A stretch of DNA of 64,000 nt, taken from Bacillota bacterium (GTDB lineage Bacteria > Bacillota > JAAYKD01). Every line of letters begins with the position of its first letter. Position 1 is the first letter of the stretch. A program made the position numbers and the translations under genes. Positions 30,221 through 39,354 of the stretch are shown piece by piece. The notes below the pieces were generated by a model. The model saw nothing but the letters and a program-made list of their open reading frames with translations, was not told where the DNA came from and did not search any database. The stretch is from assembly GCA_963666425.2 (NCBI GenBank), contig OY762825.2, forward strand, positions 992,001 through 1,056,000. Direction: 5' to 3'.

Positions 30221-30259
30221 AAAAACGGCTCGCAGTGTTTTGCTGCGAGCCGTTTTTTT
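30221..30259. terminator. Bidirectional terminator after ilvE
   Basis: AAAAACGGCTCGCAG...CTGCGAGCCGTTTTTTT. Confidence 0.75.
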
Positions 30260-30262
30260 GAA

Positions 30263-31327
30263 CTAATCGACAATCTGTGTCCAGCCGAATTCGTCGGGTA
30301 TTCTGCCCCATTGGATGCCGGTTAAGGTATCATAGACTTTCTGGGCAATTTCGCCGTTTTTAAAGTTGTTGATGATCATTTTCTTGCCTTTGTAGAACAA
30401 TTCACCAACCGGTGAAACCACGGCGGCAGTGCCGACAGCAAAGACTTCATCTAATTGGCCTGCGTCATAAGCCTGCACGATTTCATCAATGGAAAGCTGG
30501 CGTTCGCTGACCTTCAATCCCCAGTGACGCATCAAGGTCAACGCGGAATCGCGGGTAATGCCCGGTAAAATGGTTCCATCCAGGGGCGGAGTAATGATCT
30601 CACCATGAATCTTAAAAATGATATTGGTGGTGCCGACTTCTTCAACAAATTTCCGATGAATCCCATCCAGCCACAGCACCTGCGAATAGCCGAGCTTTTT
30701 CGCTTTGACCTGACCGATGATGGAAGCGGCATAATTACCGCCGGTTTTCGCTTCACCGGTACCGCCTTTGACCGACCGCACAAACTCATCTTCCACAAAA
30801 ATCCTGACCGGATTTACACCTTCCGGGTAATAGGATCCGGAGGGTGAGAGCAGAACGATAAACTGATAGGTTTTGGAGGCAGACACACTGACGGAGGCTT
30901 GCGTTGCATAGCAGAAGGGGCGAATATAGAGAGAGGTTTCCGGCAGACGAGGCACCCAATCCTGATCCACTTTAACCAAAGCGCGAACCGCCTGCAGAAA
31001 ATCTGCTTTGGGCACGGGAGGCATGGCAATCCGCAGATTGCTGCGTTCCATCCGGGCGCCATTGGCTTCGGGGCGGAACAATTGAATGCGTCCATCGGCA
31101 CGGCGGTATGCTTTTAAGCCTTCGAATGTCTCCTGCGCATAATGCAAAACCATCGAAGCGGGGTCCATGATGATTGGTCCATAGGGAACGATTCTGGGAT
31201 CATGCCAACCTTCTTCTTCGTTATAGTCCAACAAAAACATATGGTCGGTAAATAACTTACCGAAGCCCAGTTTGCTTTCGTCCGGCCGTACTTTGGGGTT
31301 GGTTGTTCGGGTAATCTTAATTTCCAT
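30263..31327 (-). CDS. ilvE: Branched-chain amino acid aminotransferase
   Basis: LGFGKLFTDHM, LHYAQETFEGLKAY, AKTGGNYA, ILPGITRDS, GTAAVVSP. Confidence 0.96.
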   Translation of the reverse strand: MEIKITRTTNPKVRPDESKLGFGKLFTDHMFLLDYNEEEGWHDPRIVPYGPIIMDPASMVLHYAQETFEGLKAYRRADGRIQLFRPEANGARMERSNLRIAMPPVPKADFLQAVRALVKVDQDWVPRLPETSLYIRPFCYATQASVSVSASKTYQFIVLLSPSGSYYPEGVNPVRIFVEDEFVRSVKGGTGEAKTGGNYAASIIGQVKAKKLGYSQVLWLDGIHRKFVEEVGTTNIIFKIHGEIITPPLDGTILPGITRDSALTLMRHWGLKVSERQLSIDEIVQAYDAGQLDEVFAVGTAAVVSPVGELFYKGKKMIINNFKNGEIAQKVYDTLTGIQWGRIPDEFGWTQIVD

Positions 31328-31469
31328 TGATTAAAAATCCTCTCTTTCATCTGAAAGGCTCTGCTCGCTTCTTTCTCTCTCTCTTCGAACTAAGAAGCCT
31401 TTCTTGTTACGGGAATGCACTGCGTCTGAATCGCAGCAGCGCATTCCCTATTCTGTTCTACAGAGAGAC

Positions 31470-33986
31470 TTATTTCACCTTCATCAAACTGTTGAAGAAC
31501 GGTTTATAGGTGCCGTCCGTTTGGGCACGATATTGTGCATTATAACCCAATAAGACGAGATCGCCTTCGCCGTAAACAACCCGAACCGCAGCCGCTTTAC
31601 CGGCAATCAAGTCGCCGCCATACAATAATCCGCTCTGCAAAATATCGCGCTCAGGATATTTCGCCAGAACTTGATAATTTTCAGCATGCTTATTGTCTGT
31701 AATCACATAAGCCGGGCTGTCGAAATTGAGCGTATAACCCACTTCCGGCATACCCCAGTTGATGGGATTCGCCAAATGGATGGTGCGTAAGGTAGCGCCG
31801 TTGGTGAAGAATTCGTCCATTGTCTTACCGTCTACCACGTTTTTCAGTCCAAGATCGAACGCTTTCACAAGCCAGTCACAGGATCCGGCTTGCGCAACCA
31901 CACGGCCGCCGGCTTTGACGAATTCCTTGAGTGCCTGAATGCCTTCTGCCTTGATGCCGCTGATGTACTCTTCCGGGATGGCGCCCATATATTGACGCAT
32001 CCTGCCGAATGCAGCTTCCTTGGTCACATCCGTCAGCATTTCTTTGCGATCGGCCGGAATATAGATGACATCGTATTTCTCAATTAAGTTCCCTTGCCAG
32101 AGATCCTGATCCATAATAGTGATGAAGGGGAATTGGAATTGTTCCATCACGAGACGAGTCCAGCCTTCGTCCATGGCGCCGCCCAGATAACGTTTATAAA
32201 TCGCGAGGCGAACCGGCTTGTACTCCATTTTTTCGGTTTCCGCTAAAGAATGCGGGAAAACACTGACTTCAAAACCAAATTTGGCAGCACCGGCCTGCAA
32301 TACTTTCTTTGCTGCCGCTACCGTCAGGAAACCGCCGCAGCAAGTAGGCCGCCAAACGGGGAATCCTTGCGCTAACAGCATGTTGGCCAGGATAAACGAA
32401 TCATTGTAATTGGCTTTGAAAGCGTACGCTTCGATTTTCTTTGCATCCGCCACCTTGCCTTGCAGTGGCGCCAGTTTCTCGATCTTATGGGTTTTGCCTA
32501 AAATGGGTTTCTCGGCTTCCAGGACCGTTACTCCCATGAATTCGGCGTAGGTATCGGTGGTGGTATCGTAAACATTTGATTTGCCATCCAGCCGCTTACA
32601 GAACCAGTTGTCATTGAAGAAGGTCCGCGCTAAGAGGGTCCGAATCGCAGCTCGTTTTGGCTGAGCGGTAAATACAACGATACTGCCGGCAGCAGCGGTG
32701 AGCTCGCCGGAACTGATTGTCTCGTCGGCCAGGTGCAGTTCAATACCCTGTTGTTCCAGCACGCGCGCCAGCTTTTGAGCGGTAACCTTATCGTTTTGTT
32801 TATCCATGGGAATAATAAAGCCATACGGTTTCTCGCTGGCGCCTAACGCGGTTTGACGCTGCGCTTTTTTGACGGAGTTTCTTAAAATGATATCTTTGTT
32901 GCGTGCAGCACAGTCGAGTAAAGCCCAGGCAGTGACTTTTTGTTGTTCTACGATATTTCTGAGCGTCCACCAACCGCCCGGCCAAGGATGAACGAAATTG
33001 ACCTGCTGTTGATATTCCGGGAAAACACGGTCTTTGGCGCCTTCCAGCTGTTCCGCAGGAATATAGAGCGGCGTCGCTGTCTTGCAGCTGGCTGATTCGG
33101 TCAGCATACCGGCAATATTATGATGATTGGTAAACCAATGGAATCCCATATGAGCCCAGCCCGGGAATTGACCGCCGGTCAGCACACCTTGCTTGCCCTC
33201 TTCTTCCAAACGGTAGGCCATATGAGAACCATACATTCTTAATTCATTCCAAACCAATGGATCGGGATTGGGATGAATCGGATCACTGTAAGGAGCGATA
33301 TAAATGCGGGCGCCATTGGATCCCATATGATGATGATCCTGGAACGCCTGCGGATGCCAATTTTTGAACATGATTTCGCCAACATAGCGGGATTCGATCA
33401 AATTCCAGGCGAAAGCGTCGCGGTTGTTGTCATGCCCGCAATATTTGTGATAGAGCCAGGGCATACCGCAGCCTTCATATTCGGTGCCCAGATATTTATT
33501 GTACCAATCGGTCACCATGATCTGACCATCCGGGTTGAAGCAAGGCACCATAATGAAAATTACTTCCTTGAGGATGCGTAAGCCTTCTTCGGTTTCGGAC
33601 GTCAGTAAATCATAGGCCAGTTCGGGCGCCATTTGGGTGCCGCCCACTTCGCTGGCATGTAAGCTCATCGTCTGGACGACGATTGCTTTTCCTTCCTGCA
33701 CCAGTTGATCGATGGCAGCTTGTTCCAGTCCGCGCGGATCGGTCAATTTGAGATTGATTTGGCGATATTCTTCCAAACGAGCTAAATTTTCAGGAGCAGA
33801 AATGTAAGCGACCAAAAAAGGGTTCCCTTCGGTAGAAGGTCCGACATTTTGCAAAATCATGCGGTCGGTTTCTTTTGCGATCTGTTCAAAGTATTCCACG
33901 ATTTTTTCCCAGCGAATCATCTGACGCGCTGCACCCGGTTGATGGCCAAAAAAACTGGTCGGACAGGTGATCTTACCATGACTCAT
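31470..33986 (-). CDS. M14 zinc carboxypeptidase-family protein with long C-terminal region
   Basis: HASE zinc motif, NPDG, DNNRD, DHH; no signal peptide. Confidence 0.82.
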   Translation of the reverse strand: MSHGKITCPTSFFGHQPGAARQMIRWEKIVEYFEQIAKETDRMILQNVGPSTEGNPFLVAYISAPENLARLEEYRQINLKLTDPRGLEQAAIDQLVQEGKAIVVQTMSLHASEVGGTQMAPELAYDLLTSETEEGLRILKEVIFIMVPCFNPDGQIMVTDWYNKYLGTEYEGCGMPWLYHKYCGHDNNRDAFAWNLIESRYVGEIMFKNWHPQAFQDHHHMGSNGARIYIAPYSDPIHPNPDPLVWNELRMYGSHMAYRLEEEGKQGVLTGGQFPGWAHMGFHWFTNHHNIAGMLTESASCKTATPLYIPAEQLEGAKDRVFPEYQQQVNFVHPWPGGWWTLRNIVEQQKVTAWALLDCAARNKDIILRNSVKKAQRQTALGASEKPYGFIIPMDKQNDKVTAQKLARVLEQQGIELHLADETISSGELTAAAGSIVVFTAQPKRAAIRTLLARTFFNDNWFCKRLDGKSNVYDTTTDTYAEFMGVTVLEAEKPILGKTHKIEKLAPLQGKVADAKKIEAYAFKANYNDSFILANMLLAQGFPVWRPTCCGGFLTVAAAKKVLQAGAAKFGFEVSVFPHSLAETEKMEYKPVRLAIYKRYLGGAMDEGWTRLVMEQFQFPFITIMDQDLWQGNLIEKYDVIYIPADRKEMLTDVTKEAAFGRMRQYMGAIPEEYISGIKAEGIQALKEFVKAGGRVVAQAGSCDWLVKAFDLGLKNVVDGKTMDEFFTNGATLRTIHLANPINWGMPEVGYTLNFDSPAYVITDNKHAENYQVLAKYPERDILQSGLLYGGDLIAGKAAAVRVVYGEGDLVLLGYNAQYRAQTDGTYKPFFNSLMKVK

Positions 33987-34237
33987 GAACTATCACTCCT
34001 TTTCAATTATGAAACTACTCTCGTCCAAAGCGACGGTTTCAACCACTGCTTTGGCATCAAAGTAATTTCCTGTCTTATTTAATTAGCAATTCAGACGGTA
34101 AAATCCTTCCGTTTACGTAATATTTTTTCATAACCTTTTGTGTTTGAGGGACTGCCGGAAAAAGGGACCGGACTGCTCAAGAGAGAACTAAACAAGCATT
34201 AACTACCCTCATGATGAGAAAGGGGAAAATGCGGTTT

Positions 34238-35275
34238 ATGCCGATCAAAACAAAAACGAAGCTCCTTCTGCTCTTGCTGCTGATTGTTCTGCTCTCAGGC
34301 TGCAGCCCAAAGGCCGCAGAACCTTATGAATACACCGGTTTTGCCTTTGGTGGTTTGATCCAAATCAAACTATATGGCGAGACAAAGAACAGCAAAGCCG
34401 CCAGCGACGCTTTGATGCTGCAATTTCAAAACTTGGAAGCATTGATGAGTGTGAACCTGACGGAAAGTGAACTGTTGACTGTCAACCGGCAAGCGGGCAT
34501 CGCGCCGGTCAAAGTCAGCCCGGCAACCTTAGAAGTTCTGCAAAAAGCACTGACGGTTGCCGAGGTCAGCGACGGCGCTTTCAATCCGGCCATTGGCCCT
34601 TTGGTCAAGCTGTGGCAGATCGGATTTGATGGGGCGCATCTGCCGGCTGAAGCCGAAATTGCTGATGCCCTGCCTTACTTGGATTATCGGGATATTATTG
34701 TGAATGCAGCGGAAAGCACGGTGTTTTTGAGCAAAGTCGGGATGGGCTTGGATTTTGGCGCCATAGCCAAGGGTTTCGCCGCCGATCAGGCTTTCCGCAT
34801 TTTGGCAGAATATCAAATCGACAGCGCTCTAATCTCAATCAATGGCAATCTTTTGACCGTTGGCGAGAAACCCAACCACACCACCTGGAAGGCAGCCATC
34901 GCCGATCCCAGAGGTACGGTCAATCAATATGTGGGTATTCTGCCGCTGACTGATTCTACTATTTCCACTTCCGGTGATTATGAGCGTTATTTTGAGCAGG
35001 ATGGTGTACGCTATCACCATTTGCTGGACAGTAAAACCGGTTACCCGGCTGCCTCCGATTTAATCAGCGCCAGTATGATCTGCCGAGACGGCGCCTTAGC
35101 CGACGCGCTCTCTACCGCTGTCTTTGTCTTGGGCAAAGACGCGGGACTCGCGCTGCTGCAGCGCTACCCGGAAGTCGAGTATCTCCTGATCGATCAGAAC
35201 CACAACATCACGCTGAGCAGCGGTTTAAGCAATGTTTTTGAATTGACCAATCCGGACTATCGATTGAACAAATAG
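34238..35275 (+). CDS. apbE: FAD:protein FMN transferase lipoprotein
   Basis: Lipobox LSGC; DFGAIAKGFAAD, STSGDYERYF, YHHLLD..TGYP, ADALSTA. Confidence 0.93.
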   Translation: MPIKTKTKLLLLLLLIVLLSGCSPKAAEPYEYTGFAFGGLIQIKLYGETKNSKAASDALMLQFQNLEALMSVNLTESELLTVNRQAGIAPVKVSPATLEVLQKALTVAEVSDGAFNPAIGPLVKLWQIGFDGAHLPAEAEIADALPYLDYRDIIVNAAESTVFLSKVGMGLDFGAIAKGFAADQAFRILAEYQIDSALISINGNLLTVGEKPNHTTWKAAIADPRGTVNQYVGILPLTDSTISTSGDYERYFEQDGVRYHHLLDSKTGYPAASDLISASMICRDGALADALSTAVFVLGKDAGLALLQRYPEVEYLLIDQNHNITLSSGLSNVFELTNPDYRLNK

Positions 35276-35297
35276 CGTAAAGCAGGTGAGAGCAAAA

Positions 35298-35840
35298 ATG
35301 ACAACCAAACAATTGATTCGCCTGGGACTCTGTCTCAGCCTCAGTCTCGCCTTGCATCTGGTAGAACAAATGCTGCCGCTGCCGGCTCTGCCTTTTCCCG
35401 GTGTCAAATTGGGCTTTGCCAATCTGATCAATTTAGCCGCTCTTTTTTGGTTCCCCTTTGGCCAATCCGTGCTGCTGATTCTGCTGCGTTGTTTGCTGGC
35501 GAGCTTTTTTGGCGGGGGCTTCTCTGCTTTTCTTTTCAGCAGCAGCGGTGCTTTGCTCAGTTTTGGCGTCATGTGGTGGCTGGCTAATCGTTTTGCACCC
35601 AGTTTTTCTCTGCCGGCCATCAGTGTAGCCGGCGCGGTGGCGCACAACGTGGCTCAAATGATGCTCTCCATGCTGTTGATGCAAACCTTTGGTTTACTGA
35701 TTTACCTGCCGGTCCTGATCCTGATGGGCGGCATCAGCGGCTTAGCGATTGGCTTCACTGCTCTTTTCTTACTGCGCTCGCTGCAGAAGAGCGGCCGCAT
35801 GCCCAACTACAAAGAGCAGCTTTTGCCGTTGCTCCGTTAA
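35298..35840 (+). CDS. Gx transporter family / heptaprenyl diphosphate synthase component I
   Basis: PFPGVKLGFAN, SVAGAVAHNVAQ; follows apbE. Confidence 0.85.
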   Translation: MTTKQLIRLGLCLSLSLALHLVEQMLPLPALPFPGVKLGFANLINLAALFWFPFGQSVLLILLRCLLASFFGGGFSAFLFSSSGALLSFGVMWWLANRFAPSFSLPAISVAGAVAHNVAQMMLSMLLMQTFGLLIYLPVLILMGGISGLAIGFTALFLLRSLQKSGRMPNYKEQLLPLLR

Positions 35841-35925
35841 TCACAGAAATCAGCTGCGATTCTTTGCTTCTGCTGTGAAAAAAAGCGCTGCGGGTGAGTC
35901 ATCACCCGCAGCACTTTTTATTCTC

Positions 35926-37167
35926 TTATGCTTCTTTTGTCAGTTGAATCACGCTATCGAGCAAGACCTGGGCACCTTTGGCAATGGCTTCCGGACTGGT
36001 ATATTCCACCGCACAATGGCTGCGGCCGCCTTGACTCGGCACAAAAATCATAGCTACCGGGCAGATTCTGGCTACAATCTGCGCATCATGCCCGGCTCCG
36101 CTGACCATTCTCTGCACTGTATAACCGTTTTGCCTGGCGGCCTGTTCGATCACATCCTGCAAATGTGCATCCATGGCAACCGGCTCTTCCGCCATCGTCA
36201 GCGTGACCTGATGCTGTAATTGATCCCCGCAGACCTGTTCGACCTCCTGCAGAATGCGTGCCGCAACCACGGCTTTCGCTTCCACATTTTGTGAACGAAT
36301 ATCGAGTGAGAAGGTTACTTTGGCCGGCACTACATTGACAGCACAAGGTTCCACCTTCAGGTAACCCACCGTGGCTACCCCGTTGGGATCGGCCAGCCCT
36401 GCATAGCCTGGCACCTTGGCAATCACCGCAGCTGCCGCGGCCAAAGCATCCTTGCGCATTGTCATCGGCGTGGTACCGGCATGGTCTGCCTGCCCGCTGA
36501 TCTCCACAAAATAGCGCGTCGTGCCCACAATTGCGGTCACTACCCCAATATCCAAACCGATTTGATCCAATACCGGTCCCTGTTCAATATGCAATTCCAA
36601 ATAAGCGAAGATTTCTTCCGCCTGACGCTGCGCCGACGCTATTTGCTGCGGCACGAAACCTTGCTGCAGCATCAGCTCTGCCTGAGAAATTCCATTCATA
36701 TCCTTACCACTGTATAATTCCGCCTCGCTCAACTGGCCAACCAGAGCCAGACTGCCGCTGAATCCGCGCTTGAAGCGCACACCTTCTTCATCGTTAAAAG
36801 CGATCAGCTGCAGTGAACGCTGTGGCTGGATACCGGCATCCCGCAGGGCACGGACTGCTTCCAAACCGCAAACCACCCCTAAAATCCCATCATAAGCGCC
36901 ACCGTTGATCACCGTATCGTAATGGGAGCCGATCAGCAAAACAGGCAATTCCGGCTGCAAACCCTGCAAATGCCCCACGACATTGGAAGCGCTGTCCAGA
37001 TGCACCTGCAGCCCAGCCGCCTGCATTGCCTGCAGCAAATAGGCTCTGGCTGCTTTGTCTTCAGCGGTAAACGGCAGCCGCGTCACACCATTCTGTTCGG
37101 TTTTGCCGAATTGACGCAGGTTCTGCAAATCATTTTCAATTCTTTCGATAGAAACCATACTTTTCAT
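35926..37167 (-). CDS. Zn-dependent amidohydrolase (allantoate amidohydrolase / N-carbamoyl-L-amino acid hydrolase, M20)
   Basis: GSHYDTV..GG.YDG.LGV, DEEGVRF, ELHIEQGPVL, HAGTTPM, SGAGHDA, GRSH. Confidence 0.92.
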   Translation of the reverse strand: MKSMVSIERIENDLQNLRQFGKTEQNGVTRLPFTAEDKAARAYLLQAMQAAGLQVHLDSASNVVGHLQGLQPELPVLLIGSHYDTVINGGAYDGILGVVCGLEAVRALRDAGIQPQRSLQLIAFNDEEGVRFKRGFSGSLALVGQLSEAELYSGKDMNGISQAELMLQQGFVPQQIASAQRQAEEIFAYLELHIEQGPVLDQIGLDIGVVTAIVGTTRYFVEISGQADHAGTTPMTMRKDALAAAAAVIAKVPGYAGLADPNGVATVGYLKVEPCAVNVVPAKVTFSLDIRSQNVEAKAVVAARILQEVEQVCGDQLQHQVTLTMAEEPVAMDAHLQDVIEQAARQNGYTVQRMVSGAGHDAQIVARICPVAMIFVPSQGGRSHCAVEYTSPEAIAKGAQVLLDSVIQLTKEA

Positions 37168-37329
37168 AATGAATCTCTACTCCTTTCCAAACCGATTGCC
37201 TCGCTGCCGCAGCAGCAATCGAGCACAAGAAAAACAACTCTGACCGCCCAGCCTGCTGATCAAGTGAAAAAGCAGGCAGTGCCTTGCCCGTTTTCTAAAA
37301 AGGCGTTCAAAGCATTGCCTGCTGATTTT

Positions 37330-37644
37330 TTATAAATCGTAATAGCCGTTGCGGTCCATGATGGTAAAGTTTACTTTCACTTTTTCATAACCCAAGGTTT
37401 TAATCATCTCTACGATGGTCTTGGCAGTCTGATCCTGCATTTCCTGTGGTCTGACGAACCAATGTACGTCCACATACGGTTTACTGACAATTTGACCTTC
37501 CGCATCAAAGAAAACCGCCGGCTGCCACTGCAGCGTTAAAATTTCCTTGCGGCATTGGATCACTTCGGTCAGTTTGTTAACCAGCGGTTTCGCCAGCACC
37601 TGCAATTCTTCTTGTTTGATCCCCTTAAAAATTAAGGTCGGCAT
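37330..37644 (-). CDS. DUF1904 family (tautomerase-like) protein
   Basis: N-terminal MP, PYVDVHWFVRPQEMQD, C-terminal YY. Confidence 0.75.
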   Translation of the reverse strand: MPTLIFKGIKQEELQVLAKPLVNKLTEVIQCRKEILTLQWQPAVFFDAEGQIVSKPYVDVHWFVRPQEMQDQTAKTIVEMIKTLGYEKVKVNFTIMDRNGYYDL

Positions 37645-37672
37645 CTGAAATCATCCTCCTTCTTTTCTTGTT

Positions 37673-38167
37673 TTATTCTCTGACAATACCATACTTTTCA
37701 TAGAGCGCCTTGGCCACACAAAGCGGCACCAGTCCATCCAGTTTCCCACCGTAAGAAGCAATTTCTTTCACGGTGGAAGAAGAAACAAAACCGAGATTCT
37801 GACGCGTCATTAAAAAACACATCTCGATATCATCATCCAGATACTGATTGGCTGCGGCAATTTGGAATTCGTATTCGAAATCCATCATCGCGCGCAAGCC
37901 GCGGATGATCACTTCCGAGCCGATCTCGCGGCAATAATCGACCGAGAGACCTGTATAATAAGTTACCTTGACCTGCGGCATGTTTGCGGTTGCCTGGCGC
38001 ATTAAATCCAGGCGTTCCTCCAGCGTGAACAATGTTTTCTTGGTGGGATGCAGCAGAATTGTCACATAGACTTCATCGAACAATTTGCAGGCGCGTTGGA
38101 TGATATCCACGTGACCGCTGGTAATTGGGTCGAACGTCCCCGGATACATCGCAATATGTTTTCTCAA
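37673..38167 (-). CDS. coaD: Phosphopantetheine adenylyltransferase
   Basis: YPGTFDPITSGHVDII, IIRGLR..DFEYE, VSSSTVKE; TTG start after GGGGAGG. Confidence 0.96.
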   Translation of the reverse strand: MRKHIAMYPGTFDPITSGHVDIIQRACKLFDEVYVTILLHPTKKTLFTLEERLDLMRQATANMPQVKVTYYTGLSVDYCREIGSEVIIRGLRAMMDFEYEFQIAAANQYLDDDIEMCFLMTRQNLGFVSSSTVKEIASYGGKLDGLVPLCVAKALYEKYGIVRE

Positions 38168-38206
38168 AAAGTCAGCCTCCCCTTCAGCCATAGAACGGCA
38201 GCGAAG

Positions 38207-39055
38207 TTATTTTGCATACCATTCACAGACGATACAGTCGCCGCCTTCCAGAGTAAAGCCAGCCTCAAGCACAGCTTGCTGCACATCGGCGGCCTGCGGC
38301 GGGAACATGATGGTCAGCTTGGGAACCTGCCGCTTCTTTGCTTCAATTTTAGCAAATTCGAGGCACTTTTTGGCATCGCCTCGGTATAAGCCAATATGCA
38401 AAGCTTGCTGCGGAATGAAACGGGCTCCTAAGACGACGAGATTATCTCCTTTTTCATCATAAAAAACTTTGTTTTCTCTGGCTAAGCCGCGGTAAAGTCC
38501 TGCATTCATCGGATAAAAAGTGCGGTTCATCACCATATGCCCATTCCACTTCTCCGCCATGCCTGCCAGCTGCTGCTCGGCTTCATCTTCATTCAGCAAA
38601 CGAAAATCCGCTGCGACGGTTTCATCCACCGCGGTCTCTGCTGTGATTGCTAAATTAGCCCCCCGATACTGACCGGTGACTGTAAAACCATAACGCAAGG
38701 CCAAGCCTTTGCTGACCTGATTGGTAAAACCGGTATACATGCCCATACGTGTGATACCAAGGCGGGCGGCATTCTCAAAAAAACGATTGTAAAACGCTTT
38801 GCCAATGCCTCTGCCCTGATAATTCGGATCGACGCGCAACGTTTCTAACCAAGCGCCGCCATCGTAAAGCACAGTGAATTTGCCCACACCCACAATCTTA
38901 CCGTCCAATTCGGCTACGCTCAGTTCACCAATTGGGTCATTGATAAATTCATCGGCAACCAATGAAAGATACTGCACACCTTTGATCGCAGCCCCTTCTA
39001 CAACACAAGCGGCTTCTAAATCGTCCCATTTTGCCCGGCGGATGATAATATCCAT
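38207..39055 (-). CDS. GNAT family N-acetyltransferase
   Basis: WLETLRVDPNYQGRGIGK. Confidence 0.85.
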   Translation of the reverse strand: MDIIIRRAKWDDLEAACVVEGAAIKGVQYLSLVADEFINDPIGELSVAELDGKIVGVGKFTVLYDGGAWLETLRVDPNYQGRGIGKAFYNRFFENAARLGITRMGMYTGFTNQVSKGLALRYGFTVTGQYRGANLAITAETAVDETVAADFRLLNEDEAEQQLAGMAEKWNGHMVMNRTFYPMNAGLYRGLARENKVFYDEKGDNLVVLGARFIPQQALHIGLYRGDAKKCLEFAKIEAKKRQVPKLTIMFPPQAADVQQAVLEAGFTLEGGDCIVCEWYAK

Positions 39056-39354
39056 GTTTCGCTCCTCCTGAACTTTTTTTCAACATCAAATGGATTAGCC
39101 ACACCCTATTGCGCTAACATCAGTGCTTTGATGCGTCTTGTGGTAGTAAATTCTCTCCTCATTGAGGAAATACCTTTTCGGCTTTTGTCTTTCTTGCTCT
39201 TTTCCTTTGCTATTTTTAGCAGCTGCAAATTTCACAAAAAAAGCAGGAAAACCATTGCTGCCTTGGGAATTAAACTAAATAAACAGAACGCTAAATTGCT
39301 TTCTGATCTCAGCGATTACCAATCCAGCGACAATGACATGAGGAGGTTTTTTTA

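Noticed and set aside
34140-34230. FMN or other riboswitch upstream of apbE
   Set aside because: No RFN or other recognisable riboswitch consensus.
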